Assembly (NCBI GenBank): GCA_037446815.1
Contig: JBBIHX010000003.1
Span: forward strand, 291 to 64,290
Length of the DNA: 64,000 nucleotides
Source of the DNA: Caldilineae bacterium
Lineage (GTDB): Bacteria; Chloroflexota; Anaerolineae; DTLA01
Direction of reading: 5' to 3'
In this document: positions 53,923 through 63,752 of the stretch, in pieces
Numbering within the stretch: position 1 is the first letter of the stretch
Layout: the number at the start of each line of letters is the position of its first letter
Notes under the pieces: generated by a model
What the model was told of the DNA's origin: nothing
The model's input: the letters and a program-made list of their open reading frames with translations, nothing else
The model's database searches: none
Translations under genes and position numbers: made by a program

Positions 53923-56271
53923 ATGCGCTTGGTGTGGGTCGCCATCGCCTGGACTGTCGGCATCTACGTGGCGAAACAGGCCAACGTTCCGCCCCTCGTC
54001 TGGCTGGCGGGCTTCGTGGCGGTGCTGGTGGCCGCCATCCTGGCGCGGAAGACGCGCGTCGGGCTGGCGCTGCTGGCCGCTGCCTTTCTTCTGCTCGGCG
54101 CGTGGCGCTACGCCGCGAGCCTCCCCGTCATAGACGATGCCCATGTGGCGTGGTACAACGGGCGCGGCGAGGTAACCCTTGTCGGCGTGGTGCACGAAGC
54201 GCCCGAGCCGCGGGGAACGCGCTGGCGCGTCCGCATCGCCGCCCGCGAGATCACCCACGCCTACGGCCATGCGCCCGTGGACGGCTTGGTGCTGGCGACC
54301 CTCCCCGCGTATCCGGTTGTCCACGAAGGCGATGTCGTGCGCCTGCACGGGGCGCTAGCCGAGCCGCCGGTCTGGGAGGATTTCTCGTACCGCGACTACC
54401 TGGCCCGCGAGGGCATCTTCTCCCTGATGAACATGCCGTCGGTGGAGGTGCTGGCGGGTTCAAGCGGGCGGGGTCTGGGCCATGCCCTTGCCGCGCTGCG
54501 CGCGCGGGGCGAAGCGGTCATCGCGGCGCTGATTCCCAACCCCGAGGCGGCGCTCCTGACGGGCATCCTGCTGGGGCGCGAGGGTGGGATTTCCGCGGAC
54601 GTGATGGCCGCCTTCCGCACGACGAGCACGGCGCACATCATCGCCATCTCGGGGTTCAACATCACCGTCATCGCGGGCGCGCTCCTGAAGATGCTCACGC
54701 GGACGCTTGGGCGCAGGTGGGCGGTGGCGATCACGATTCCCGCCGTGGCCCTATACGCCGTGCTGGTCGGCGCCGATCCGCCGGTCGTTCGCGCCGCCAT
54801 CATGGGGTGCATCGCGCTGGTGGCGCTCTTGCTGGGGCGGCGCAATGATGCTCTCAACGCGCTGGCGCTCTCGGCCCTGCTGATGACGGCAGTCCGGCCC
54901 CAGGCGATTTGGGATGTGGGGTTCCAGTTGAGTTTTGCGGCCACGCTGGGGATGATTCTCTACGCGGAGCCGCTCCATCGGCGGGTGGGGGCGTTTCTGT
55001 CGGCGCGCATCCCGGCGGCGTGGGCCAAGGTTGTCGTGGGCTGGTTCGGCGACGCGCTGGCGGCGACCCTGGCCGCGCAGGCGCTCACGCTGCCCCTGAC
55101 GGTGGCCTATTTCCACAACCTGTCGCCCATCAGCATCGTCGCCAACTTGTTCATCGTCCCCGTGCAGCCGCAGATCATGACGTGGGGCGGCGTGGCGCTG
55201 CTCTTGGGCCTCATCTGGCTGCCGCTGGGGATGCCCCTGGGGTGGGCCGCGTGGCTGTTCCTCGCCTACACCATCCGCGCCGCCGAGGCGTTGGCGGCGT
55301 TGCCCGGGGCCAGCCTGGAGGTCGCGCGCGTGCCGTGGCCGATGGTGGTGGGATACTACGCGGTCGCGGCGGGGCTGACCTTCGGCTCCAGGCGCGTGCG
55401 GCGGTGGTTGGGGCCGGCGGCGCGGCGCTGGGCGAAGGTCGTGCGGCGTTGGCGGTGGGAGGGCGCGCTGGCCGTGGTGGCGGCGCTGGTGTGGGTTGCC
55501 GGGCTGCAGATGCCCGACGGGCGCTTGCACGTGCACTTCGTCAACGTGGGCGAAGGGGATGCCGTGCTCATCCGCACGCCCAAGGGGAGCGCCGTGCTCA
55601 TTGACGGCGGGAGCGACCCGGCCCGCCTGTTGAGCGAGGTGGGGCGGCGCCTGCCGTTCTGGCAGCGGAGCCTGGCGCTGGTCTTCCTCACCCACCCACA
55701 CTCGGACCACGCGGGCGGGCTCATCGGCATCCTGGAGCGGTACAGCGTCGGCGCGTTTGTGGACGCGCGGGCAGGCACGTCGCCCGAGTACAAGGCCTGC
55801 GTCGCTGCCGCCCAGGCCCGCGACATTCCCCGCATTCAGGCCGTGCCCGGCCAGCGGTTCGTCGTGGATGGCGACGTGGTTTTGGAGGTGCTGTATCCCT
55901 CGCCCGAAACCCCCTGCCGCTCCGAAAACGAGTGCTCTATGGTCCTCCGTCTCGCCATGGGCCGCGCGTCGTTTCTATTCGCGGGCGACCTGGAGGACGA
56001 AGGGCAGGTGCTGTTCATGAACGAGCGGGATGTGCCCCAGGCGCTGGTGCTGAAGGTGCCGCACCACGGGGGCGAGAAGGCCCTGTACCCGTCGTTCCTC
56101 GCCGCCGTCGCGCCGCGGGTGGCCGTCATCCAGGGAGGCCCTCGCGCCGCCGCCGACCCTCACCCCGTAACGTTGCAGCGGCTGGAGGCCGCCGGCGCAA
56201 CCGTGTGGCAGACCCGCCGCAAGGGTTCACTGGAGGCCGTTACCGACGGCCAGCGCTACTGGGTGCGGTAG
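53923..56271 (+). CDS. comEC: DNA internalization-related competence protein ComEC/Rec2 (with C-terminal metallo-beta-lactamase domain)
   Basis: A 782-aa protein with N-terminal TM helices, a competence core with many TM helices, and a C-terminal MBL motif (VNVGEGDAVLIRTPKGSAVLIDGG...THPHSDHAGGL...HHG). Confidence 0.85.
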   Translation: MRLVWVAIAWTVGIYVAKQANVPPLVWLAGFVAVLVAAILARKTRVGLALLAAAFLLLGAWRYAASLPVIDDAHVAWYNGRGEVTLVGVVHEAPEPRGTRWRVRIAAREITHAYGHAPVDGLVLATLPAYPVVHEGDVVRLHGALAEPPVWEDFSYRDYLAREGIFSLMNMPSVEVLAGSSGRGLGHALAALRARGEAVIAALIPNPEAALLTGILLGREGGISADVMAAFRTTSTAHIIAISGFNITVIAGALLKMLTRTLGRRWAVAITIPAVALYAVLVGADPPVVRAAIMGCIALVALLLGRRNDALNALALSALLMTAVRPQAIWDVGFQLSFAATLGMILYAEPLHRRVGAFLSARIPAAWAKVVVGWFGDALAATLAAQALTLPLTVAYFHNLSPISIVANLFIVPVQPQIMTWGGVALLLGLIWLPLGMPLGWAAWLFLAYTIRAAEALAALPGASLEVARVPWPMVVGYYAVAAGLTFGSRRVRRWLGPAARRWAKVVRRWRWEGALAVVAALVWVAGLQMPDGRLHVHFVNVGEGDAVLIRTPKGSAVLIDGGSDPARLLSEVGRRLPFWQRSLALVFLTHPHSDHAGGLIGILERYSVGAFVDARAGTSPEYKACVAAAQARDIPRIQAVPGQRFVVDGDVVLEVLYPSPETPCRSENECSMVLRLAMGRASFLFAGDLEDEGQVLFMNERDVPQALVLKVPHHGGEKALYPSFLAAVAPRVAVIQGGPRAAADPHPVTLQRLEAAGATVWQTRRKGSLEAVTDGQRYWVR

Positions 56272-56276
56272 CGGGT

Positions 56277-56648
56277 TCAGACGATCTTCGCGCCGAAGGG
56301 CACCAGCGCCAGCCGCAGCAGTTTCATGTGCTGCTTGGCGAAGGGCAACCCGATGATGGTGATGGCGCACAGCAGGGCGAAGACCAAGTGCACCGCGGCA
56401 ACTTCCAGCCCGCCGCACACCAGCCACAGGATGTTCAGCAGGATGGCGAGCAGCCCCTTGGCCGAGCCGCTGGAGTCTATCTCCTTGCCGAATGGCACCA
56501 GCGCAACCCACGCCAGTTTGAAGCACTGCACGCCGAACGGGATGCCTACGATGGTGGCGCACAGCACGATGCCGCCGATGAGGTAGCACAGCGACACGAA
56601 GATGCCCCCGCCGAGGACGATCCACAGCAGATTGCCGATGAGGCTCAT
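56277..56648 (-). CDS. yccF: YccF-like inner membrane protein (DUF307, internal duplication)
   Basis: Two repeats of GIPFG.Q.FKLA..AL.PFG..I. Confidence 0.75.
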   Translation of the reverse strand: MSLIGNLLWIVLGGGIFVSLCYLIGGIVLCATIVGIPFGVQCFKLAWVALVPFGKEIDSSGSAKGLLAILLNILWLVCGGLEVAAVHLVFALLCAITIIGLPFAKQHMKLLRLALVPFGAKIV

Positions 56649-57811
56649 ACGTCTCTCCTTTCACGGTTGACGGGCGATGCGCCCGCGGCCCCTACCGCGT
56701 GATACAGATCCACCAACTGCCGCGCGGCCCTGTCCCAGGTGAACGACCGCGCCCGCTCCGGCCCGCGACGCGCCAGTTCCTCTGCCAATACCGAATCGGC
56801 CAGCACTCGGTTCATGGCCGCCGCAAGCGCGCCGATGTCCGTGGGCGGCACCATCAGCGCGGCATCCCCCACGACCTCGGGCAGCGACGACGTGTCCGCC
56901 ACTACCGTGGGCACGCCGCAGGCCATGGCTTCCAGCGGCGGTATCCCGAAGCCCTCGTAGAGCGACGGAAAGACGAAGAGCGCCGCGCCGGAATACACGG
57001 CGGGCAAGTCTTCGTCGCTGATGTATCCGGGCAGGATGACCGCATCGCCAAGGCCCAGCGCGGTGATCTTGTCAAACACCGGCTGGTATAGCCACCCCTT
57101 GGCCCCCACGATGACCAGTTTGTGCGGGTACCCTTGTTGGCGCAAGGCGTGGAATGCGTCCAGAAGGCGCACCAGGTTCTTGCGCGGCTCTATGGTGCCC
57201 ACGTACAGGATGTACGCCTCGGGCAGGCCGTAGGTGGCGCGCACCCGTCGCAGGGTCTCGGCGTCGCGCACCGGATGGAATCGCGCGTCCACGCCGTTGT
57301 AGATGACGCTGATTTTCTCCTCGGGCACGCCGTAGATGCGGACGGCGTCCCGCTTGGTGCATTCGGACACGGCGACGATGGCATCGGCGCGGCGCAGGAA
57401 CTTGGGGAACATTAGGTTCAGGAACCAGCGGTTGAGCGGGAGGTGAAACTCCGGGAACAAGAGCGGGATGAGGTCGTGGAGCGTGAAGACGGTGCGCACG
57501 CGCCGAAAGTAGGGCAGCAGGTGGTCGGTGCCGTGGAACAGGCCCACGCCCGGCACCAGGCGGTCCTGCGGCACGCGCGCGTAGTGAGCCAGAAGGACAC
57601 TCATGCGCCACGGCTTCGCGGGCCACGGGACGGCGTAGGTCGGCAGGTGCGCCAGGCTCGCGGGAATTTGCCCCCGCGATGGCTGATACGTGAACACGCT
57701 GTACTCGTTGGCGGCGTCCAGCCGATGCGCGCGCTCGGCCAGTTCGCGGGCATGCCGGCCCAAGCCCGCTTTGCGGTGTGCTGCCGGCGAGATGTCTATG
57801 CAAATCCGCAT
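56645..57811 (-). CDS. Glycosyltransferase family 4 (GT-B)
   Basis: C-terminal EGFGIPPLEAMACGVPTVVADTSSLPEVVGDAALMV (GT4 EX7E-type region). It overlaps the yccF start by 4 nt. Confidence 0.8.
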   Translation of the reverse strand: MRICIDISPAAHRKAGLGRHARELAERAHRLDAANEYSVFTYQPSRGQIPASLAHLPTYAVPWPAKPWRMSVLLAHYARVPQDRLVPGVGLFHGTDHLLPYFRRVRTVFTLHDLIPLLFPEFHLPLNRWFLNLMFPKFLRRADAIVAVSECTKRDAVRIYGVPEEKISVIYNGVDARFHPVRDAETLRRVRATYGLPEAYILYVGTIEPRKNLVRLLDAFHALRQQGYPHKLVIVGAKGWLYQPVFDKITALGLGDAVILPGYISDEDLPAVYSGAALFVFPSLYEGFGIPPLEAMACGVPTVVADTSSLPEVVGDAALMVPPTDIGALAAAMNRVLADSVLAEELARRGPERARSFTWDRAARQLVDLYHAVGAAGASPVNRERRDV

Positions 57812-57895
57812 CCTTCGCTCTCCATCGGGATGAGTCGCTGTGTCTGCGCTCTCGCGTTTTGGCCAATTGTGTGGCTGGTTGGCTCACCGCTGTGT

Positions 57896-57950
57896 GGGCG
57901 CGGGTCTGGAGGGGCGGGTCTGTAGGGGCGGGTCTGAGACCCGCCCCTAC
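57896..57950. terminator. Three tandem GGCGGGTCTG(N)AGG units ending in a perfect 13-bp-stem hairpin GTAGGGGCGGGTC-TGA-GACCCGCCCCTAC
   Basis: The hairpin at 57922-57950 lies about 120 nt downstream of the flippase stop (minus strand) and upstream of the GT4 gene. Same arm family as the 36059 palindrome. Confidence 0.6.
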
Positions 57951-58071
57951 GACCTTGCAACCACGATCTGCCCCTGCCTATTTTCGGATTGGACTCTGTA
58001 CCCTCTTCGCCTCGGCGGTGAGTTCTTGCTCACAATGAGTGTACTCCAGCGGCGCGCCAACGCAAATGGCG

Positions 58072-59580
58072 TCATCGGCCTTGGGGCGGGCTACCCGCGC
58101 GGGCGAATCGGGATGCCCAGCGCCCCAGCGTGGGCGACAGCCGCGCCAGTATCGCCTGATCCTCGCCATCCAGCGGCTTGAGCAGGGCGAAGCACGCGGC
58201 GAAGACGACGAGGAAGGCGGCCGCTCCTCGCGCCAGACCCCACAGGCCATCGCCCGTGGTGAAGTGCGACGCCAATGCGGCGAGGGTGGTGCCTGCGGCC
58301 ACGGCGAGGACGAACCGCAGGGGATACGCAGCGCCCGTCGCCCGCATGACCAGGGCCACCTCGGCGGCGGTGGTCAGGATCGCGCAGAGGCCCGTGGCGG
58401 CCACCGCGCCCACCGCCCCCCATGTCGGAATCCACGCCACGGCGAGGGCGACGTTGAGCGCGCCCGTGCCCACGCGAATCCCCAGCGCCCAACCCTCCCT
58501 GCGCAGGGCGTACAGGGTACCGGTGCTGGTTCCCCCGCCGAGGAATCGGTTTGCCACCGTGAACAGGGCGTACACCTGCAGGAGCAGCGCCGCGTCGCGG
58601 TAGGTCTCCCCGTACAGGGCGACGATCTTCGCGGCGTGCAGCGCGCAGAAGGCCAGCACCGGAACCGACAGCAGCATGGTTACCTTCACGAAGCCGCGCC
58701 AGGCGACGCCCAGTTCGCGGAGGCTCCGCGCCGCCACCTCGGCCAGCGCCGAGAGGCTCACGCCCTCCATGCCCATCAGAAGCGCCGTGCCCGCGATGGT
58801 GCTCAGCGTCGCGGCCAGGTTGTAGAAGCCGATTTGCACGCTGTCGCGCAGCAGGAGGCCGATGAGCGCCACGTCGGACTGCTGCCCTAGGACGTAGTTT
58901 AGCCCGTTGATGACGCCGATGTTGACGGCGAAGCGGTGGATGCGGCCCATGGGCATGGGGCTGGCAGGCCCGCGCAGAAATCGCGCCGAGTAGGCCAGGT
59001 ACGCGATGGCGGCTAGCGCGGCGGTGATGCCCAGGAGAAGGAGCATCGCGTCCGGCCCGTATCCGCGTTGCAGGAGATACCACGCCGCCGCGTAGTTGAC
59101 CCCCTGCACGCCGATGCGCACCAGCGCCACAAACCGAACTTCCAGCCGCCCCACCCAGAAGTAGGCCAGCAGATTGGCGATGTTGAACCAGAACAGGTAG
59201 GGGAGCGCCCACACAACGGCCGCGGCGACCGGCCCCACCCAGCGCGATAGGAGCGGCGCGCCTACCGCACCCACGACGACGAGGCAGGCCATGATGAGCA
59301 CGCGCAGGGCCAAGGTGCGGCGCAGCAGGAACCGCTGACGGGGCAAGTCGCCCGACAACGCGGGGACGAAGTTATTTACGGCTTGTTCGTAACCCAGCGC
59401 GCCCAGCAGCGTGCCCGCGACGAAGACGCTGTAGGCGAACGAGTAGACGCCGAAATCGCCTGGGCCGAGGCGTTTGGCGACAAGGCTGACGAACAGAAAG
59501 CGGATGGCGTACTCGCCGATGCGCCCCATGTAGTTCCAGAGGAGCCCCTTGCCGAAGCGCTGGGGGAGGTCGCCGTTCAT
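58072..59580 (-). CDS. Polysaccharide/oligosaccharide flippase (Wzx/MOP family)
   Basis: The ORF 58072..59841 has about 12-14 TM helices. The real start is probably ATG 59580 (MNGDLPQRF...), which overlaps the upstream GT4 stop (ATGA). The 87-aa Arg-rich N-terminal extension in the track looks non-coding. Confidence 0.75.
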   Translation of the reverse strand: MNGDLPQRFGKGLLWNYMGRIGEYAIRFLFVSLVAKRLGPGDFGVYSFAYSVFVAGTLLGALGYEQAVNNFVPALSGDLPRQRFLLRRTLALRVLIMACLVVVGAVGAPLLSRWVGPVAAAVVWALPYLFWFNIANLLAYFWVGRLEVRFVALVRIGVQGVNYAAAWYLLQRGYGPDAMLLLLGITAALAAIAYLAYSARFLRGPASPMPMGRIHRFAVNIGVINGLNYVLGQQSDVALIGLLLRDSVQIGFYNLAATLSTIAGTALLMGMEGVSLSALAEVAARSLRELGVAWRGFVKVTMLLSVPVLAFCALHAAKIVALYGETYRDAALLLQVYALFTVANRFLGGGTSTGTLYALRREGWALGIRVGTGALNVALAVAWIPTWGAVGAVAATGLCAILTTAAEVALVMRATGAAYPLRFVLAVAAGTTLAALASHFTTGDGLWGLARGAAAFLVVFAACFALLKPLDGEDQAILARLSPTLGRWASRFARAGSPPQGR

Positions 59581-60800
59581 GATTGCGCTCCGCGTTGCGC
59601 CGCGTGCCGCAGGAACACCGTCTCGGTGTCGGCGATCATGCGCTCCAGGGTGAAATGCGCCAGAATCGTCTGCCGCGCCGCCTCGCCGACGCGCGCCCGC
59701 GCCGCGGGATCGCGGGCCAGCGTGGCGCTGATGGCGGTCGCCTCGTCCACGCCGCGCGGGGGCACCAGGAACCCGTCGTCGCCGTGGGCGACAAGGGACA
59801 CTACGCCGCCCACCCCACTGGCCACCACGGGCCGCCCGCATGCCATCGGCTCCGCGACGGCAAACGCGAACGTTTCGGTATGCACTGACAGCATCAGCAC
59901 CACGTCCGCCGCATTGTACACGGCGGGCATGTCATCATGGGGGACGTGGCCCAGCCAATGGATTCGGTCGGCGAGGCCCAGGGATGCCGCCCGATGGCGC
60001 AGCCAGGCTTCATCGGGCCCGCTGCCCGCCACCAACATGCGGGGCGCGATTCCCTGGGCGGAGAGGGCCGCCGCCACCGTCAGGGCGAAGTGGTGCCCCT
60101 TGGCCTGCTCCAGCCGCCCCGCCGTCAGCAGCGCCAACTCGCCCTCGGCGATGCCCAGGCGGGAACGCATGGCCTGGCGCAGCGCGTCGTTGGGGGCGAA
60201 ACGGTCGGTGTCCACGCCGTTGGGCACGATGACGATTCTGCTTTCGGGGATGCCGAACTCGCGGACGGCGTCCGACGCCAGTTGTGGGCTGACGCAGATG
60301 ACAGTGTCGGCGCGCCGGGCAGTGGCCCGGAACATGCGCCCGAAGAGGAGCGTGCGCAGGGCGAAACGGGCGCGGCGATAGACCCCGCTCGCGGAGTCGC
60401 TCCACAGGCGCCGCATGGTCTGCCACTCGCCGCCGGGCGTGCCGTGGAGGATGGCCACGCAAGGGGCCGGGCGCTCGCGGGCGGGCAGCCGCAGGTATCC
60501 GTAGGCTCCGATGCCCTGGCTCCAGACGATGTCTACGGGGTCGGCGGCGTGCAGGCGGGCGAAGGCGCGGGCGCTCTCCTCCCACCAGCGGACGGCATAC
60601 GCGCGGTCGGCCGCGTGGGGCAGGAACAGCGTGCGGATGGCGGGCGCGGTGGTTTCCGCGAGCCCGTCGGGGTGGCGAGTGGTGATGATGGTGATGCGGT
60701 GGCCTCGCTCCATCAGGCCCCGGCATAGGGCGTCGGCGTGGCGCTCCAAGCCACCCTTGATGTGCTCCAGGGTGGTGCGGGTCATCAGACAGATGTGCAC
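59577..60800 (-). CDS. Glycosyltransferase family 4 (GT-B)
   Basis: A 407-aa protein with GT4-type C-terminal domain motifs (...EGFGLV-like HTETFAFAVAEPMACGRPVVASGVGG). Confidence 0.75.
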   Translation of the reverse strand: MHICLMTRTTLEHIKGGLERHADALCRGLMERGHRITIITTRHPDGLAETTAPAIRTLFLPHAADRAYAVRWWEESARAFARLHAADPVDIVWSQGIGAYGYLRLPARERPAPCVAILHGTPGGEWQTMRRLWSDSASGVYRRARFALRTLLFGRMFRATARRADTVICVSPQLASDAVREFGIPESRIVIVPNGVDTDRFAPNDALRQAMRSRLGIAEGELALLTAGRLEQAKGHHFALTVAAALSAQGIAPRMLVAGSGPDEAWLRHRAASLGLADRIHWLGHVPHDDMPAVYNAADVVLMLSVHTETFAFAVAEPMACGRPVVASGVGGVVSLVAHGDDGFLVPPRGVDEATAISATLARDPAARARVGEAARQTILAHFTLERMIADTETVFLRHAAQRGAQS

Positions 60801-60809
60801 GGCGGCCTC

Positions 60810-61448
60810 CTAGCGGGAGGGGCCGCCGTCGTGCCCGCGCAACATGCTCTCCACCCGCGCCACCACCATGTCAATCGCGATGGTGTTGAACCCGCCTTCG
60901 GGGATGATGATGTCGGCGTAGCGCTTGCTGGGCTCCACGAACTCCAGGTGCATCGGGCGGACGGTGTCCAGGTACTGCTGGCACACCGATTCCATGGTGC
61001 GCCCCCGTTCGGAGATGTCGCGCTTCAGGCGGCGGATGAAACGGATGTCGGGGTCGGTGTCCACGAAAATCTTGACATCCATCAGGTCGCGGAGCGCCTT
61101 GTCGGCGAAGATGAGGATGCCCTCTACCAGGACGACCGGACGCGGCTCCACGGTACGCGTTCGCTGTAGGCGCGTGTGGGTGGTGAAGTCGTAGATGGGA
61201 ATCTCCACCGCCTGCCCCTCGCGCAGCGCCTGGATGTGCCGAATCAGCAATTCGTTTTCCAGCGAGTCGGGGTGATCGTAGTTGAGGCGAGACCGCTCCT
61301 CAAAGGGCAGGTCGCTGCGGTCGCGGTAGTAGGAATCGTGCTGGATGTAGGCGATGCGCTCCCGCCCCACGCGCTCCAGAATCGCCTGGGAGACCGTGGT
61401 CTTGCCCGAACCGCTTCCTCCCGCCACGCCGATGACGACCACTCCCAT
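60810..61448 (-). CDS. udk: Uridine kinase
   Basis: GVAGGSGSGKTT P-loop followed by IQHDSYYRD, DHPDSLE and a PRK core. The true start is ATG 61448 (MGVVVIG) with a GGAGGG RBS. The longer track ORF adds an Arg-rich N-terminal extension. Confidence 0.8.
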   Translation of the reverse strand: MGVVVIGVAGGSGSGKTTVSQAILERVGRERIAYIQHDSYYRDRSDLPFEERSRLNYDHPDSLENELLIRHIQALREGQAVEIPIYDFTTHTRLQRTRTVEPRPVVLVEGILIFADKALRDLMDVKIFVDTDPDIRFIRRLKRDISERGRTMESVCQQYLDTVRPMHLEFVEPSKRYADIIIPEGGFNTIAIDMVVARVESMLRGHDGGPSR

Positions 61449-61468
61449 GGTGTCCCTCCTCGGTCTTC

Positions 61469-62263
61469 TCACCACGCCACAAAGGATAGGCCCGGCCAGC
61501 CGGTAGCGAGCCAGTCGCCGCCGAACGCGCCGATGAGCATCAGGGCCACGCCGAGAATGCGCAGGGCCGATTCCCTCTTCCCGCCCGCGCGCAGGAGTCG
61601 CCCAGCGCAGACGCAGAGCCAGCCCGCAGCCATCAGATTCACGCGCGGGTCGCTGCGCCATATCATTCCCCAGTTGAGCCAGGCCCACGCCGATGTCAGC
61701 ACGAAGCCGATGCCCATAAGCGCGATGCCAACGTTGTCGGCCAGGCGGTGCTCCTCGCGGATGGAGCGCGCGCCCAGGGTGCCCAGCAGGGCCGCGACGC
61801 ACGCGCCAACCCCGATGGCGTGCAAGGCTGCCTGAACGATGTAGAGGAGCGTGTGCTGGTCAACCGCAGGCGGGGCATCGGGCTGAGCCGCGAGGACAGG
61901 GGTCAGGGCGGCCAGCGCCAGCGCGAGCGCCCCGACGGGCGACGCCTTGCCGCGCCCCGCCACGGGCGCCAACGCCACCATGCCTGCCGAGGCCCCGGCC
62001 AGGAAATCCGAGAGGGTCAGGAACAGGGGCCTGCGCTCCACCAGCGCGGCGGCAAGCAAATAGCCCGCCACCAGCGCGGCGGCGACCAACCCCAGGACGC
62101 GGACGGCGGCCCGCGCCCAGGCGATCGGCCGCACGTAGTCGGCAAGCCACAGGCCGAGGGCGGCTACCAGCGTCGCATAGGCTGAACCCAGGACAATCGT
62201 ACCCACATTCACGGCGTGTTCCACCTTCACGTTGCGCGCGATGGCAGGGGCGCTGTCCCCCAT
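61469..62263 (-). CDS. ccsA: Cytochrome c-type biogenesis protein CcsA/ResC (System II heme handling)
   Basis: The Trp-rich WWD-type motif is SAWAWLNWGMIWRSDPRVN. The start is ATG 62263, coupled to the resB stop (TGATG). The track ORF extends upstream to 62422, but that extension is Arg-rich and non-protein-like. Confidence 0.75.
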   Translation of the reverse strand: MGDSAPAIARNVKVEHAVNVGTIVLGSAYATLVAALGLWLADYVRPIAWARAAVRVLGLVAAALVAGYLLAAALVERRPLFLTLSDFLAGASAGMVALAPVAGRGKASPVGALALALAALTPVLAAQPDAPPAVDQHTLLYIVQAALHAIGVGACVAALLGTLGARSIREEHRLADNVGIALMGIGFVLTSAWAWLNWGMIWRSDPRVNLMAAGWLCVCAGRLLRAGGKRESALRILGVALMLIGAFGGDWLATGWPGLSFVAW

Positions 62264-63600
62264 CAGAGCGCGCTGCGAATCACCCTCTCGGTCTCCGCGT
62301 CGCTGGCCAAATACGCTACCGCGACGCGCCCCTCGGCTTGAACGGCTTGGACAACGGCGGCGCGGGCCCTGGCCCACACGGACGCGGCGAGGCACGCAAT
62401 GGCAATTGCCGCGCCCAGCCACAAAGGATAGCGCGATGGGTCGTGGATGGCAAGTACCGCCGGATACCGCCCCGCCGTGAAGCGGTACGTGATGCCGTCG
62501 GATGTAGTCACGGCCTCGCCGGAGAACGTGCCTTCCCGCGAGGGCTGGATGTCCATGCCGTGGAACACCTGGAACGCGAAGGCGGGCGCGCTTCTATCCG
62601 ACGCCGCAACCAGAGCGATGCGAATCGTGTCCCCCACGTCGGGGGCGGCGAAGTACTGTTCGGGTTGGTCTTCGTCAAACCGCAGGAACAGCGTCCCCAC
62701 AGCAGAGGATTCGCCCGCCGCCTGGAGCGGCAGGGGCGTGCCCTGCCCGTCGGTGGCGCTGACGATCACGCCGGCGAAGGTGCGCGTCATATGCAAGGTG
62801 AGCACCCCGGCCCAGAGCGGGCGCTGCGGAGCGATGACTCCCCGCGCTTGCGGCTCGCCTTCAGGCCCCATCAGGACAACGGGCCACCCCGCGCCTTGCG
62901 CGCCGTCGGCCAGCGCCACCGACCACCCCGGACGGAGCGCCAACGGCACGTTTTCGCCCGGCCCCGGCGCGGCGGTCTCTGAGCGCGCCGCCGTGCCCGA
63001 GAGAAGGAGCGCCACCGCCACCAGGAGCAGCCCGACGGCGCTCCCGAAGCGAAGCCACGCGGCCCAGCCCGCCCGCACGGCGTGCAGGCGCAGCGTCTCG
63101 CCCGTGCGCTCCGTTCGGGTGCGGTAGCCGGCCTGTGTCAGGGCGGCATCCAGCGCGGCGAGGACGCGTGCCGCGTCGCCCTCGGCCAGGCGCTGGCCTT
63201 GCGCCCGAATGGGGAGGGCCGCGGTGTCGGGCGTGGCGTAGCGCAGGGCGCGCCACAGTTCCTGCGCGGCGTTCACCAGGAGGACGAACACGCCGATCCC
63301 CAGCAGCGCGCGCCAGAGGGGCGAAGTCGCGATTTGGAAAAGCCCCAGGGCGCGGAGCGTGGGGCCAAGCCCGCCCCATCGCGTGGTTGCCTCGGCCAGC
63401 CATCGGAGTTGCGCCGCGGCGTCGTCGCCCGTGGCGGGGGCCTGGGGGAAGATGCCTGCCAGGAGCAGGACCAAGGCGGTGAGCAGCAGGAGGATGGCGG
63501 CGCAACGGGAAGAGGTCAGGAAGTCCCAAGCGCGCTCCCATCCTCCCGCGCGGTCATCGGTCAGCATGGGGGCCGTGGGTTGTCCGGAGTGAACGGCCAC
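62263..63600 (-). CDS. resB: Cytochrome c biogenesis protein ResB/Ccs1 (System II)
   Basis: A 445-aa protein with an N-terminal TM helix, a large soluble domain and a C-terminal TM helix, lying immediately upstream of ccsA. Confidence 0.65.
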   Translation of the reverse strand: MAVHSGQPTAPMLTDDRAGGWERAWDFLTSSRCAAILLLLTALVLLLAGIFPQAPATGDDAAAQLRWLAEATTRWGGLGPTLRALGLFQIATSPLWRALLGIGVFVLLVNAAQELWRALRYATPDTAALPIRAQGQRLAEGDAARVLAALDAALTQAGYRTRTERTGETLRLHAVRAGWAAWLRFGSAVGLLLVAVALLLSGTAARSETAAPGPGENVPLALRPGWSVALADGAQGAGWPVVLMGPEGEPQARGVIAPQRPLWAGVLTLHMTRTFAGVIVSATDGQGTPLPLQAAGESSAVGTLFLRFDEDQPEQYFAAPDVGDTIRIALVAASDRSAPAFAFQVFHGMDIQPSREGTFSGEAVTTSDGITYRFTAGRYPAVLAIHDPSRYPLWLGAAIAIACLAASVWARARAAVVQAVQAEGRVAVAYLASDAETERVIRSAL

Positions 63601-63675
63601 CGAATCCTCCTGTTGGCGTATCCTGCATAGACGAAGCCCTGACCGGGCATGGGGTCAGGGCTTGCGAAAGGATTA

Positions 63676-63752
63676 TGGAGCCACCCATCGGAATTGAACC
63701 GATAACCGGGCGCTTACGAAGCGCCTGCTCTGCCGATTGAGCTAGGGTGGCC
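63676..63752 (-). tRNA. tRNA-Thr (anticodon CGT), CCA encoded
   Basis: The minus strand reads GGCCACCCTAGCTCAATCGGCAGAGCAGGCGCTTCGTAAGCGCCCGGTTATCGGTTCAATTCCGATGGGTGGCTCCA. It folds as a cloverleaf (acceptor GGCCACC/GGTGGCT, anticodon stem GGCGC/GCGCC with loop TTCGTAA, T-arm GGTTCAATTCC). Confidence 0.85.

Noticed and set aside
58072-59841. Full 589-aa flippase ORF including the 87-aa N-terminal extension (similarly udk at 60810..61802 and ccsA at 61469..62422)
   Set aside because: The extensions are Arg/Gly-rich and overlap the upstream genes. Internal ATGs with an RBS or coupled stop-start overlaps give proteins of canonical length.
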